This document shows, in pieces, positions 24,903 through 35,374 of a DNA stretch of 64,000 nucleotides. The position numbers and the translations under genes are program-made. The notes under the pieces are model-generated. The model made no database searches. It saw nothing but the letters and a program-made list of their open reading frames with translations, and had not been told where the DNA came from. Positions within the stretch are counted from its first letter, which is position 1, and each line of letters begins with the position of its first letter. This DNA comes from a virus. Where the stretch lies: IMG/VR virus record IMGVR_UViG_3300017917_001176, positions 1 to 64,000 of that record; one strand, given 5' to 3'.

Positions 24903-25990
24903 TATTCTTTTACGTGTCGGCTTAGGTAGAAGTCACCGCCGCAGTAGTCCCAGCGACAAGTGGTTCCTGTTTTATACAAGATAGACAATTTTGTTACGGC
25001 TAACTTGTCATGCACTAAATTTGTATACGGCGTCTCGGGCTGACTTTCGCGAATGAAGTTGGTCATGTGTATTCCACAATGAAAAACATTGCCATCACCG
25101 TTGATAGTAATTGATTCCTGCCCAGCAGCACACTGCCACCCACGAGCATCTACGCCCAATTTAAACAAGTCGTTGGTTGTGTATATCTTACCATCAATGT
25201 CGTACCGCTGCTCTGTCTTGTTATTTTCTTTATAAAACTCCATGTGCTTCGCCGCAACATCTTCTGGATACACATAGTGACAGAACCCGTATATCATTTC
25301 GCAATTTACTATCTTGTCGTAGGTAAGGTAATACTTAACTCTCTCGTAGAATTCTTCTGGAACTATCTTGATTATTTTGCCCTGATGCCAACGATCACCT
25401 CGTTCAACATTCTCCATCATGACATCCATGTTGTGTATCTCTACACCCAGTTCTTTTAAAACTTCCCAATTGTGGTCAAAGTTCTTGAGTTTGTTCAATC
25501 TCTTTAATTCAAGATAGTGAAAGCTGGCATTAAACTGATCGCAATACGGCAACATCTCACGCAACTTATCTTCGCCAATGGTGAGATTGGTTTGCATTTC
25601 GTTGTATGCCTTAATATCTGTTTCTTTGCCCTTTTGATGTATGTACTTTAGAATGTCTAAGCAACGAGGATGTCTAGTAGGTTCCCCGCCGTGATAATAA
25701 AATAGCACAGACTTAAATTGTTGTTTGACAAAAAATTCAAATAGTCTATCTATGGTTGTTATTATATCTTGATATTCATAGTGTCTACCGCTGTGCCAGT
25801 GACAGTAGTTGCATTTTAGATCACACGCTTCAGTTATACGAAACGTAACCATGTACTGATATTCAACTCCGCCGCTTTGTTCAGCGGGAGACAAGACTTT
25901 ATAGTGATGCTGAGGAACGATCTGCCCAACTTGCATATCCTCTTTATCTCTAATAACTTTGATTTTGCCTAGTTTATCTTTCATGGTCAT
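24902..25990 (-). CDS. radical SAM protein
   Basis: CDLKCNYC, GGEPT, C-terminal Cys (CAAG..C..CRWDYC). Confidence 0.9.
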   Translation of the reverse strand: MTMKDKLGKIKVIRDKEDMQVGQIVPQHHYKVLSPAEQSGGVEYQYMVTFRITEACDLKCNYCHWHSGRHYEYQDIITTIDRLFEFFVKQQFKSVLFYYHGGEPTRHPRCLDILKYIHQKGKETDIKAYNEMQTNLTIGEDKLREMLPYCDQFNASFHYLELKRLNKLKNFDHNWEVLKELGVEIHNMDVMMENVERGDRWHQGKIIKIVPEEFYERVKYYLTYDKIVNCEMIYGFCHYVYPEDVAAKHMEFYKENNKTEQRYDIDGKIYTTNDLFKLGVDARGWQCAAGQESITINGDGNVFHCGIHMTNFIRESQPETPYTNLVHDKLAVTKLSILYKTGTTCRWDYCGGDFYLSRHVKE

Positions 25991-26813
25991 CCATTATACT
26001 ACGTTTGCTTTGCGCAGTCAAGCTACGATTAATGAATCGCATGAGCTCACCGTAATATTGATTGTCATCCATTTCACGACCAGTAATTTTAAAACTGGTC
26101 ACACCCATATCTATTAGACGTCGCATGTTATCGGGTTTGATGTCCATGCAATCGTGCTTGCTGTCTTTACTATAGTCAAATTTTGGAATCCAGCATTCTT
26201 CAACTTCTCTTGAATAAGGGTTGCCCGCTGTGTTTTCGTCTGCAATGGCTTTGAAGTGCTGATCCCAATACTTGCACCCATACACACAGGTATCGTTTAA
26301 CATCACTTCCCATTTGGTTGCATCCAGTTCGTTGCTGCGAGGATCAAAGATATGTTCAAATCTTGGCACTATCCAATCGTAGTCCTGCTCCAACTGTTTG
26401 TAAAATGCAATGTCACTGTCCTGTAGTGGAATGTTCAACAGGCCCATGCCTGTGATACTGTAGATCAAATCATAGTCGGGATAGTGAGTGCGCACATACT
26501 TGCGCAGATCTTCATTCACAATGATCAGTGCGTTGCCCTTGCGATGAAACTTTTCCAACAGTTGATTGCCCAGTTCATCTGTTAGGTCTATCTTGTAGTT
26601 GCTCATGGTCAGTGCAATGCTTATGCCCTTGCTGTAGTAGAACTCCATGAGTCCTTCGTTGTAGTACACACTGCGATTGATACGGCCACCATTCCAACGG
26701 CATTTGTTTATGCCATCGTACACAACCAGCTGAGTGTTGTCCACCAATTGGTTGCTCAAAAACTTTATGATTGGCACGCTCTTACTAAAGGCACCAGCGA
26801 TTAAATATCTCAT
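25974..26813 (-). CDS. U32-peptidase-like Fe-S protein
   Basis: NDTCVYGC...C...C and GVTSFKITGR resemble the U32 family K-I-x-G-R motif; likely start MRYLIAG. Confidence 0.55.
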   Translation of the reverse strand: MRYLIAGAFSKSVPIIKFLSNQLVDNTQLVVYDGINKCRWNGGRINRSVYYNEGLMEFYYSKGISIALTMSNYKIDLTDELGNQLLEKFHRKGNALIIVNEDLRKYVRTHYPDYDLIYSITGMGLLNIPLQDSDIAFYKQLEQDYDWIVPRFEHIFDPRSNELDATKWEVMLNDTCVYGCKYWDQHFKAIADENTAGNPYSREVEECWIPKFDYSKDSKHDCMDIKPDNMRRLIDMGVTSFKITGREMDDNQYYGELMRFINRSLTAQSKRSIMDDHER

Positions 26814-27748
26814 TTTAAATTTTCTTTGGGAAAGTTGAACATATTCTCGCATTTGCAGCAGTCCAACGGGCAAACTTCTTGTTGTATAAAATCCACTGCC
26901 TTGGGCATCAGCTTCCCAACCTTGCGTCCTGTACAGATATTTTCAATCTCTCCGTTTACACTGATTTCGTAAAACAACGGGGTACAGGTAAATCCTTTGA
27001 ACCGATCGAATCGTTTCTCATAGATTTGAAAATCATTTAGATACTCTACTGTGCCATCGTTGAATTCATATTTATGAGTTAAATTGATGTGACTGGCTCT
27101 TTGCGACATGTCAGCAAATGACCAATCCAACTCAGACTGAAACAGCTCGTAAAATTCTTTGGAGTAGGCCGATGTCCAATGGCTAGTGTCTGACAGAATC
27201 TGCAAACTATAATTGACTCCATTTTCTTTCAGTAGTTTAATTCGTTCCAACGTAACGGGCCAATGTTTGCTTTCGTCGCTCATGATCAGCGTGACAGAAA
27301 ACTTTATGTACTGTGAGTCTTTGAGTGACAATGCTTTGTCTATAAACTTGTTGTCTACAAAGTCAGGGTGCAAGGATGCTGCAATTTCAACACCCGTTAA
27401 CTCTGGCCTATCTAATTTTTTGTAATAGTTTAAACTGCGAGATAAGTTTGTAGCAACCAGTACACCTTTACAGTGCGGAATACTTTTTACTTCTAACAGT
27501 ATGTCTGCCATCTTAGGATGCAGTGTAGGTTCACCGCCTACCATGTCTATTTCAAAATCTGTGTCTAATTTTTTCAATCTAGCCAGAGTGAACTTGTACT
27601 GGCTCATGCTGTCTTCGTGTTGCCAATTCTCTGTCATCTTGCCAGCACTGGCACAATAGTTACAGCTGAAGTTACACCAATTGGTTAGATACCAACTGAA
27701 GTGTATGGTTTTGTATTCAGGATTGCCTGCACGAATTATTGAGCGCAT
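26810..27748 (-). CDS. radical SAM protein
   Basis: CNFSCNYC, GGEPTLHP, C-terminal CPLDCCKC; start after AAGGAGG. Confidence 0.9.
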   Translation of the reverse strand: MRSIIRAGNPEYKTIHFSWYLTNWCNFSCNYCASAGKMTENWQHEDSMSQYKFTLARLKKLDTDFEIDMVGGEPTLHPKMADILLEVKSIPHCKGVLVATNLSRSLNYYKKLDRPELTGVEIAASLHPDFVDNKFIDKALSLKDSQYIKFSVTLIMSDESKHWPVTLERIKLLKENGVNYSLQILSDTSHWTSAYSKEFYELFQSELDWSFADMSQRASHINLTHKYEFNDGTVEYLNDFQIYEKRFDRFKGFTCTPLFYEISVNGEIENICTGRKVGKLMPKAVDFIQQEVCPLDCCKCENMFNFPKENLK

Positions 27749-28641
27749 GGTGCCTCCTTGTAAAAATTCAGCATGCTTTCGCACACACAACAATCTCTAG
27801 GACAGCTGACCTTGCGCAGCAGTTGTTCCTGTTTTAAAAACAAACCATTGAATCTTTGTCCTGTGCAGGTGTTGGCCACAGTGCCATCGAAGTATATTTC
27901 AAAGAACTGCGGAGTACAGGTGTACCCAGTTAGTCTGTGTAGGTTTTGATTGTACACTTCCAGACTGCTCAACTGCTGTGGTCCGCTATCAAACTCATAT
28001 GAGAATCTAGCATCTGCTGGTGTCTCAAACTGTTGAAACAAAGCAAAACATTCTGGCGTGTAATCGGGTGTCCAGTCTGTGCTTTCGTGTAACCAATGCA
28101 GTCCGTAGCTGATGTTGCGACTGGACAATTGTTCAATCAATTCCAGCGTGACAGGCCAGTGTGCTGGGTCATCTGATATGTTCACACTCACGCGAATATT
28201 TAGATGCTGCATGCGATTAATGGCATCAGCTTTTTCTATAAAGTCTTGATTGTAATATTCAGGATGAAAACTAGCAGTCACAGTCATGCGACTCAATGAC
28301 GCTTGATCCAAGTCTGAAAAGTAACTTAGTGGTCTGGATAGATTGGTGAACAATTCAATTCGTTGGCAAAGCTCAATGCTGCACAGTTCAGTTAGTATCT
28401 CTGTCAACTGCGGATGCAGTGTAGGCTCGCCGCCTAGCAGTTCAATTTCAAAGGGTGCGTCAAACTTTTTCAGTTTGGTCAGTGTTAGTTTGTAGTTGCT
28501 TGAGCTTTGTTCTTTTTGCCATTTGTCTACCATGACCAATTGTTCATAGCAATAGCTGCACTGGTAATTGCACCAATTGGTCAAGGTCCATGCAAAATGG
28601 AACTTGTTGTATTCAGGATTGCCTGCACGTAGTATCTGCAT
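27736..28641 (-). CDS. radical SAM protein
   Basis: CNYQCSYC, GGEPTLHP, C-terminal CPRDCCVC. Confidence 0.9.
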   Translation of the reverse strand: MQILRAGNPEYNKFHFAWTLTNWCNYQCSYCYEQLVMVDKWQKEQSSSNYKLTLTKLKKFDAPFEIELLGGEPTLHPQLTEILTELCSIELCQRIELFTNLSRPLSYFSDLDQASLSRMTVTASFHPEYYNQDFIEKADAINRMQHLNIRVSVNISDDPAHWPVTLELIEQLSSRNISYGLHWLHESTDWTPDYTPECFALFQQFETPADARFSYEFDSGPQQLSSLEVYNQNLHRLTGYTCTPQFFEIYFDGTVANTCTGQRFNGLFLKQEQLLRKVSCPRDCCVCESMLNFYKEAPCAQ

Positions 28642-29396
28642 CACATCAAAAAGCACTTGTCATGGTTGCAAATACCATTGTGCTTTTCCCTATAGCAACA
28701 GTTGTACAGCTCTAAATTAGGACCATATAAAAAGTACTTGTCATTGTACAAACATGGTTTGCCCCGCGGACTAAATTCTGGATCGTCCCAGAGCTCTGAT
28801 CTATCTTTGCCCAATCGTTTGACTTCTTCAAAACGCACCAACTTTTGATACGCAGGATCCTTGCGCATTTTATTGTACAACGCAGTAGACCAATTGCTCA
28901 CTCCATCACCAAAGTCAGCGATAGGAGTCAGAAACACGTTCACATCAGGGTGTACCAACTCTTTGATTTTGAAATAGTAGATCAATGCTTCCTTGCCTGT
29001 GAACATAACATCAATGGTTCTTATGGTAGCTGTAACGCTGGACAGCACATCCATGAATTCTTCAACTGACACTTCAGTTGGATGCACACTGACCTGCAAC
29101 AGGTACGGGTCTGTGATTGTTTTCATCACCCGAGCACTGTGCGCAGACAGGTTGGTTTGTATTACAAAAGGTATAGAAAACTCATTGAAGCATTGTATGA
29201 TCCACTGAATGTCTGGATGAACAAATGGTTCGCCACCAAACACAAAAACTTCCACACCAGGGTATTGCTCTCCAAGGCCGCGCACAAAGTCACGCACCAC
29301 ATCACGATCCAGAACTGGATGTATGGTTTTATCTAGGTTCGTGCAATACACACATGAGTAATTGCACTTGAGTGTAATTTCCCATTCAACCTGCAT
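28641..29396 (-). CDS. radical SAM protein
   Basis: CNYSCVYC, GGEPFVHP, C-terminal Cys cluster. Confidence 0.9.
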   Translation of the reverse strand: MQVEWEITLKCNYSCVYCTNLDKTIHPVLDRDVVRDFVRGLGEQYPGVEVFVFGGEPFVHPDIQWIIQCFNEFSIPFVIQTNLSAHSARVMKTITDPYLLQVSVHPTEVSVEEFMDVLSSVTATIRTIDVMFTGKEALIYYFKIKELVHPDVNVFLTPIADFGDGVSNWSTALYNKMRKDPAYQKLVRFEEVKRLGKDRSELWDDPEFSPRGKPCLYNDKYFLYGPNLELYNCCYREKHNGICNHDKCFLM

Positions 29397-30291
29397 CTTT
29401 TACCTTTAGCTGTTTGAGCAAGCCATCGCAGTTGCATGCCCGATGTGGACATATCATTGGAACTGTTTTTGTAATGTTCTTAAAGAAGTCAGGTTGTTGC
29501 AATAGGTTAACGTGATTGCATTTATCTAAACAAAACTTAACCACGTTACCATTGACATCAATTTCGTAATTGTTGTTATAGCAACTCCACCCTTGGAAAT
29601 TGGTTAGTTTGTCACGGAACACTATGAAGTCATTGAACAACTGATCGTCGTACACTAGATCCTTCTCATAGTGTTCAAGAAAAGCAAAGTATTCCCAGAA
29701 GTCCTTGCGATAGTTGAACAGTTTGCTGATACTGTTACCGTATAGAAAGTGCGGATGTATCTTGAGTCCATCTATACCCTCACAGATATCAAACATTTCT
29801 TTAATCAAAGGCCATAGCTTCTTATCATGATGCAACATGATGTTGACTTTGCACTGATACCCGCGACTGATCATTAACTTCATGTTGGCAATAAACCGTT
29901 CACGATTGGTACAGTCTGCAGGATGATAACTGAACAAAAAGGCCAACCCTGGATAGTCAGGATGATCTGTAAAATCTTTTTCTGCATTGGTTACCACGTA
30001 CACACGATTGTATGTGGGCAACTGAGTTATCTGTTCCAGTATGTAATGATAGTATGGACCAAGAGTAGGCTCACCACCTAGCAGTCCTAGGTTAAAGCTC
30101 AGGCTACTGCGGCGCAAGGATTCCACAACACCATCAATGATTTCTTTGCTGCTCAACTTGCCCCATTCTTTACCGTATTCATTTCTAGCATAGCAGTAGG
30201 AACATTGCAGTTGACAAATGGTCAGGCTGTCCCAATGCACATTTATGTGATCTGGGTTCTGCTGAATGTGATGTTGTCTACTGTAGTTCAT
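29386..30291 (-). CDS. radical SAM protein
   Basis: CQLQCSYC, GGEPTL, C-terminal CPHRACNC. Confidence 0.9.
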   Translation of the reverse strand: MNYSRQHHIQQNPDHINVHWDSLTICQLQCSYCYARNEYGKEWGKLSSKEIIDGVVESLRRSSLSFNLGLLGGEPTLGPYYHYILEQITQLPTYNRVYVVTNAEKDFTDHPDYPGLAFLFSYHPADCTNRERFIANMKLMISRGYQCKVNIMLHHDKKLWPLIKEMFDICEGIDGLKIHPHFLYGNSISKLFNYRKDFWEYFAFLEHYEKDLVYDDQLFNDFIVFRDKLTNFQGWSCYNNNYEIDVNGNVVKFCLDKCNHVNLLQQPDFFKNITKTVPMICPHRACNCDGLLKQLKVKDAG

Positions 30292-31205
30292 AATTTCTTT
30301 TTTGGAAACTCTAATGTTTGTTTGCTCAAGCATACTTCACGTGGGCAGATTTCTTTTCTAACCAAATTGTTATCGCCCAAACTCAGTCCCACTTCTCTAT
30401 TGGTACATAGATTAGTTATCACTCCTTCGCGGCTGATTGAGTAATAAACCGGAGTGCATTCATAACCCTGGAATTTATTCCAATGGTTTATTTCTATTTC
30501 GTGGTCTTTGAGCATGGCGTGGGTGCCATCTTCAAACTCCACTGGAATCTCAAAAGGATGATCTGTGTCATCAAAGTACTGCCCGAACCTCTCATGAAAT
30601 TCTGATGTATAATTGGCAGTGAAGTTTTGATTGCTGATCAAGAGATTCAAACGTGTTTTTACTTTTTTCTCCAGCAAACGCTCAATTACCAACTGTGTGC
30701 TATCCCAGGTGTCGGGTTGATCTTTAAGATTCAACTGTACCACAAACTCGCGACAGTGTTGATGCAGCTCAATGGCTTTTTCTAAAAACTTGTCCTTGTA
30801 GTACTCTGGATGATATGCTGCCATGATCAGCAACTTGTTTTCATTGAACTTGTTGAGCACGTTCAATGCTTCTACTTGTTTATAGAAGTCCACGCTGCGT
30901 GACAGGTTGGTCATCACTGCTATCTGTACACAGTTGTCTATAGCAGACATCTTGTTAACAATATCCAAGAACTGTGGGTGTAGTGTGGGCTCGCCACCGC
31001 TTAGGCACATCTGAAAGTTTCTTTGCACTGTGCCCAATCTAGCCAGGACCATTTTGTAATCAGCATGTCTGGGCTGTGTGAAGTCATTGGTTACCACGTG
31101 CAGCACTGGACAATAGCTGCACTTGTAATTGCACCAGTCAGTCAGGTGCCATGCAAATTCAATGCGTTGAAAGTTTGGATCGCCGCAGCTCTTAATTGGA
31201 TTCAT
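30288..31205 (-). CDS. radical SAM protein
   Basis: CNYKCSYC, GGEPTLHP, C-terminal CPREVC. Confidence 0.9.
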   Translation of the reverse strand: MNPIKSCGDPNFQRIEFAWHLTDWCNYKCSYCPVLHVVTNDFTQPRHADYKMVLARLGTVQRNFQMCLSGGEPTLHPQFLDIVNKMSAIDNCVQIAVMTNLSRSVDFYKQVEALNVLNKFNENKLLIMAAYHPEYYKDKFLEKAIELHQHCREFVVQLNLKDQPDTWDSTQLVIERLLEKKVKTRLNLLISNQNFTANYTSEFHERFGQYFDDTDHPFEIPVEFEDGTHAMLKDHEIEINHWNKFQGYECTPVYYSISREGVITNLCTNREVGLSLGDNNLVRKEICPREVCLSKQTLEFPKKKL

Positions 31206-31851
31206 GTAAAAAGTCCATGGATGCTGTGGTGTTCACTGAGCTGTTGCTGTCCGGAAAGGATATGTTATCGCCACCGTCTGTGGTTTGAAAGTACAGTACC
31301 CGGTTAGTAGTGCGTATGAGTTTGCTACGTGCTGCTGAGTGCATGACCAGAGCAATGTCGTTGTGAATGTTGTTGTCCATTGGAAATGCGAAATCCACAA
31401 TAGTACTCTTTTTAAATATATGCTGCCCCAATTGCAAACGCTCCAGATCCAGTTGCAGACAAAACTCTCGCGCATCAGTCCACAATTGCTCTTGGTGCAT
31501 GCTCAAACATTTGACCCAATTTGGCTGTTGTGCTGGCATGTAATTGCCAACTATGAGATCTGCGTTCAGCTCTAGCTTGTTAAAGAAGTCTGCAGACACA
31601 TAGTCATCATCTTCAAGATAGTACACATACTCGCCTGTGGCCTGTTGCAACAAAAATTCATATATCATGCTCAAGTTGTCAAACTTCTGATAATGGTACT
31701 GTACCCGGGCATGAGGTATTTCCACAATGTCGTTGCTGTCATTGTTCACAATAACTTCAACGTCAGTAGGCAATTGTCTTAGCACACTGTTTAGACAACG
31801 TTGGAATAGATCAGGACGCTGATGCGTCAATATCAAAATGCTCAGTTTCAT
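31192..31851 (-). CDS. glycosyltransferase family 2
   Basis: LSILILTHQRP, VIVNND, GEYVYYLEDDD. Confidence 0.85.
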   Translation of the reverse strand: MKLSILILTHQRPDLFQRCLNSVLRQLPTDVEVIVNNDSNDIVEIPHARVQYHYQKFDNLSMIYEFLLQQATGEYVYYLEDDDYVSADFFNKLELNADLIVGNYMPAQQPNWVKCLSMHQEQLWTDAREFCLQLDLERLQLGQHIFKKSTIVDFAFPMDNNIHNDIALVMHSAARSKLIRTTNRVLYFQTTDGGDNISFPDSNSSVNTTASMDFLHESN

Positions 31852-32924
31852 TTGAAGTGATTCTTTCTATAGAAAGTCACTTGGGTGATCTTTTCGCCTT
31901 CTTCTGGAAACACTGGAACATTCTTTAGTTCGCGCTCTACACCATCGCAGATGTAAAAATGTTTGCATTTCAAGCAGTCCACTTCTTTGCGATAGAATCG
32001 TACCCGGTGGTCCGCACAGTGATCGTGTGCAAACTTTAACTTCTCTTCTGTTGTGTACTCACGGCTTACATCAATCTTGACGCCACGCTCGTCAATGTAC
32101 ATTTCCTTGTTCCAGTCATACAGGTCGTAGATGTGTTGGTATTGATCACACACATACTGTTCGTAACCTTTCATGTAGCAGTAAGGAACATAGCGCACAT
32201 TGATCAACATGTTCTTGTTCAAGAGGTCAATGCACTTTTTGATGTTGTCTGTCATGTCCTTGTAGCTGACATTGTCTGTGTCAATCTCCACTTGGTCCCA
32301 GTAGTTCAAGGTAATAAAGTTAACTTCCAATGGAGCAATATCATTGATCAGTTGTGCGTACACATTGTCCAACTGAAAGTAATTCTTGTAATATACTGTG
32401 CAGTTGATCCGTACAATCATGCCCAGTTCCTGTGCATTCTTGATACCTTGTAGAATACGTTTGAAACTGCCTTTGCGATTGGTAATGGCATCATGTGTTT
32501 CTGCTGTGCCACCGTGTAGACTGAACAGCACTTCTTTGAGTCCATGTGCTTGTGATTCTCTCAGGAACTCTATGTTGGCAAATTTGCCGCCATGGCTCAA
32601 ACAACTCACATGCTCAAATCGTTCGTTACAGTAGTCCAGTATTTCAAACCAGTCTGGACTCACACTGCTTTCACCGCCGCTGAGATCCACTTGTGTGATC
32701 CCGTATGCTTTTAAATAGTCTGCTCGTTGCTTGACCACTTCCACCGGTGTCTTTACATCCAGCTGATCACGATAGTAACAGAACTCACAATCATAGTTGC
32801 AAAAGGTTCCTGTGTCTAGCTTGGCTCGATTACAACGAGGAGTTTGGTAATCAATTTCAATGCCGTGCGTACTCAACTCATTCAATGAGTTAGCATTAGC
32901 GTTGAGTACTATTGGCATTTTCAT
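31848..32924 (-). CDS. radical SAM protein with C-terminal Cys cluster
   Basis: CNYDCEFC, SGGE, HDAIT..KGSF, CLKCKHFYICDG. Confidence 0.9.
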   Translation of the reverse strand: MKMPIVLNANANSLNELSTHGIEIDYQTPRCNRAKLDTGTFCNYDCEFCYYRDQLDVKTPVEVVKQRADYLKAYGITQVDLSGGESSVSPDWFEILDYCNERFEHVSCLSHGGKFANIEFLRESQAHGLKEVLFSLHGGTAETHDAITNRKGSFKRILQGIKNAQELGMIVRINCTVYYKNYFQLDNVYAQLINDIAPLEVNFITLNYWDQVEIDTDNVSYKDMTDNIKKCIDLLNKNMLINVRYVPYCYMKGYEQYVCDQYQHIYDLYDWNKEMYIDERGVKIDVSREYTTEEKLKFAHDHCADHRVRFYRKEVDCLKCKHFYICDGVERELKNVPVFPEEGEKITQVTFYRKNHFK

Positions 32925-33844
32925 AATGCTTTAACCAATTCTAAAAAGTAATCATTGTTGGTTAACAACAATGAATTCAGGTCCTGTGCTATTGCACGTT
33001 TTCTTGCTTCAATACCAGCGTCCACATAATCAATTTCATACTGCACCTGTTTGCCAAACACAGCGCATTCTACAATGAACCGAGGACTGCAATCAAATTG
33101 ATTAGGAATCGCAGTATATATGTAGGTATCAAATCTGTTAAAAATATCCTGTACAGGCACCTGTGCCAGTGTTACATTGGGTGCAGTCAATGACTGATAT
33201 AGATCAACATTGTTTGTGAGAATCAAATAGTTCTCGTGCTCTTTTCTATCAATGATAGCCTGTATTGTGCGTGGATCCAGTCCACGACAGTTGGTAGTCA
33301 GATACAATAGTGCGGTGTTGGTTGCAACTGACTGCGGCTGTTGATACCGATTCCATAATATCTTTTTGTTGTAGTCAACCACAGTGATGTCTAGATCGCA
33401 GTAGCGTTCGTCATACACATTAAAATCCTGTAACAACCAGGTGTGCTTGATTGTTTTGTGTTGATGAAAATAATCAAACTCATATGCTGCACATCTTAAT
33501 AGTATAACATGATCAGCATAGATTGTGCAAGAATCAAAACGTGGTGCTCCATCAACTACACACAGAGCGTGAGTTATAATAACTTTGGGTTGAGCACACT
33601 CAATGGTATGAGTTGCAAACTGCTCCAGTTCGGGCTCAGTGAAGTTGTATTTGTCTTGAATTGCTTGTATCAGTGTTGTTTTGGTTGTACCATCTGATAA
33701 CAGTATTGCACAGTTGATTTGATTTTGTCTGCACACATGAAAGTAGTCAATCATTTCGTACAAATGACCAGACACCCCGTGAGTGTTTTCAAACGAGGTG
33801 GTGAAGACTAGATCATATTCTTTCAGTTGAAGGATCTTAGACAC
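32921..33844 (-). CDS. hypothetical protein (possibly degenerate GT-B fold)
   Basis: 307 aa; SPRFIVECAVFGK resembles the GT-B E-x-x-x-x-G-K segment. Confidence 0.55.
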   Translation of the reverse strand: MSKILQLKEYDLVFTTSFENTHGVSGHLYEMIDYFHVCRQNQINCAILLSDGTTKTTLIQAIQDKYNFTEPELEQFATHTIECAQPKVIITHALCVVDGAPRFDSCTIYADHVILLRCAAYEFDYFHQHKTIKHTWLLQDFNVYDERYCDLDITVVDYNKKILWNRYQQPQSVATNTALLYLTTNCRGLDPRTIQAIIDRKEHENYLILTNNVDLYQSLTAPNVTLAQVPVQDIFNRFDTYIYTAIPNQFDCSPRFIVECAVFGKQVQYEIDYVDAGIEARKRAIAQDLNSLLLTNNDYFLELVKAL

Positions 33845-33862
33845 AATGAACTTACATTGCTG

Positions 33863-34969
33863 TTAAGCAGTAATTTCAGCGTAGGTTAATGGAGTATATC
33901 CTAATTCAGCAAAGATGTCTTTGGGTACGCGAGCAAGATCTTCTACTGTCAGGTTACCCTTCATTTGCAATGCGCCAGGACGCCATTGCTTTTTAAGAAT
34001 CAGATCTTCAAGAGTAACATATATTAGATCTGTCATCTCTGGATTCCACTTGATCTCACCCGGAACATAGTCTTGGAATCTTCTGTTGAATGTGTCTACG
34101 TCTGCTGAGGTTGTTGGAGAAATTGGAATATGTACATCCTTCTCCCAGGCTGTTAGATACTGATTGCCACCTTCATTCATAGTAGGCGGACATTTGATAT
34201 TACTACCGTTGAAGGTAAATGTTTTATCTCTTAAGATGTCTTCGTATCGTACTGTTTGTACTCCAGGAGTATTCTTAAGAATCATTGCATTAAGAATAGA
34301 ATAGTTCAGCTTGGTAGCATCATCTTCTCTGTTCTGAATTTCACCAGGCGGTACAGAATTTTCGTAATGGGCAGCAGATTTGGCATGCAATAAAGATACC
34401 ACTGATGGATTACGAATGATGTTTAGTACCGAAACATTTTGCTCGCCTAGATCTTGGCGCAAACGTTCAATAAAGAATCTACCAAACATGCCAGTGATGA
34501 CTTGCACAGGGTATGTGCGTTTCTCATATTGTTTTAGTATGTGTTCGTAATCGTGCGGAGTAGGTATATTGTACGTTAGATTGCGTTCTGGAAATGGTGC
34601 ATCTACGTCTTTAATAAATCCATGGTCATACCATACGTCTGCAAATACATCGTAGTAGTGATTGGTACCAGTACCCCGTTGAAATAAGATGTCGCGAATC
34701 TTTTTTGCTTTATCAATGATATCAATTCGAGGACTCACGTTTTCAATTGTGTCTCCAGGAATAGCCAAACCTGCCAATGGATTACCCTCCATGTCAGTGT
34801 CTGAGCTTTCGTTTACTACCAGTCGTCCAGCTGGGTCATAGATTTTAAAATTATTATCAGTAAAGTCAATGGTATATCCGCCCAGTACAAACGTGTTTAA
34901 CTGCGCCAGCAGTTGACGGGCGAAAAACATTTTATTTACGGTTTCTGTTCCGCTTAGGACAACTAGCAT
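33863..34969 (-). CDS. hypothetical protein, sulfotransferase/P-loop-like
   Basis: IIRNP and VRYEDIL segments. Confidence 0.5.
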   Translation of the reverse strand: MLVVLSGTETVNKMFFARQLLAQLNTFVLGGYTIDFTDNNFKIYDPAGRLVVNESSDTDMEGNPLAGLAIPGDTIENVSPRIDIIDKAKKIRDILFQRGTGTNHYYDVFADVWYDHGFIKDVDAPFPERNLTYNIPTPHDYEHILKQYEKRTYPVQVITGMFGRFFIERLRQDLGEQNVSVLNIIRNPSVVSLLHAKSAAHYENSVPPGEIQNREDDATKLNYSILNAMILKNTPGVQTVRYEDILRDKTFTFNGSNIKCPPTMNEGGNQYLTAWEKDVHIPISPTTSADVDTFNRRFQDYVPGEIKWNPEMTDLIYVTLEDLILKKQWRPGALQMKGNLTVEDLARVPKDIFAELGYTPLTYAEITA

Positions 34970-34971
34970 CC

Positions 34972-35373
34972 TTATCTCCTTAGGTACTCTTCTACTATGC
35001 TATTTACGCCGGCTTGATCATTATGATCTGCCAGTCTCTGTAGTTTAGTAATAATATCTTGGTACTCTTGCTTTTTGTGTTCAATCTTTTTCATATTGTC
35101 AGCAAGAGTAATATAACGCTCTAGGTCAATGATCAGACTTTCGTCGCCCGATTCGATAACTTTGATATAGCATTCTTCTCTGTTGTTATCGGTAATAAAA
35201 ATACCTTTGCTGGCAAACTTGTTGTTCAATTGCATAAACGAAACAAAATCAAGCAAAGTAAAAATTAACAGCTCATCACCCATGATTCCACGAGCTTTGA
35301 CTTTGACCGCTACTGCTGCTTTGCCTGCATAGGTGGTGCCATCAATTCCTTCTATTTCTTTTACTTCTTTCAT
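34972..35373 (-). CDS. hypothetical protein
   Basis: 133-aa ORF directly downstream of the Cys-repeat gene. Confidence 0.7.
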   Translation of the reverse strand: MKEVKEIEGIDGTTYAGKAAVAVKVKARGIMGDELLIFTLLDFVSFMQLNNKFASKGIFITDNNREECYIKVIESGDESLIIDLERYITLADNMKKIEHKKQEYQDIITKLQRLADHNDQAGVNSIVEEYLRR

Positions 35374-35374
35374 G

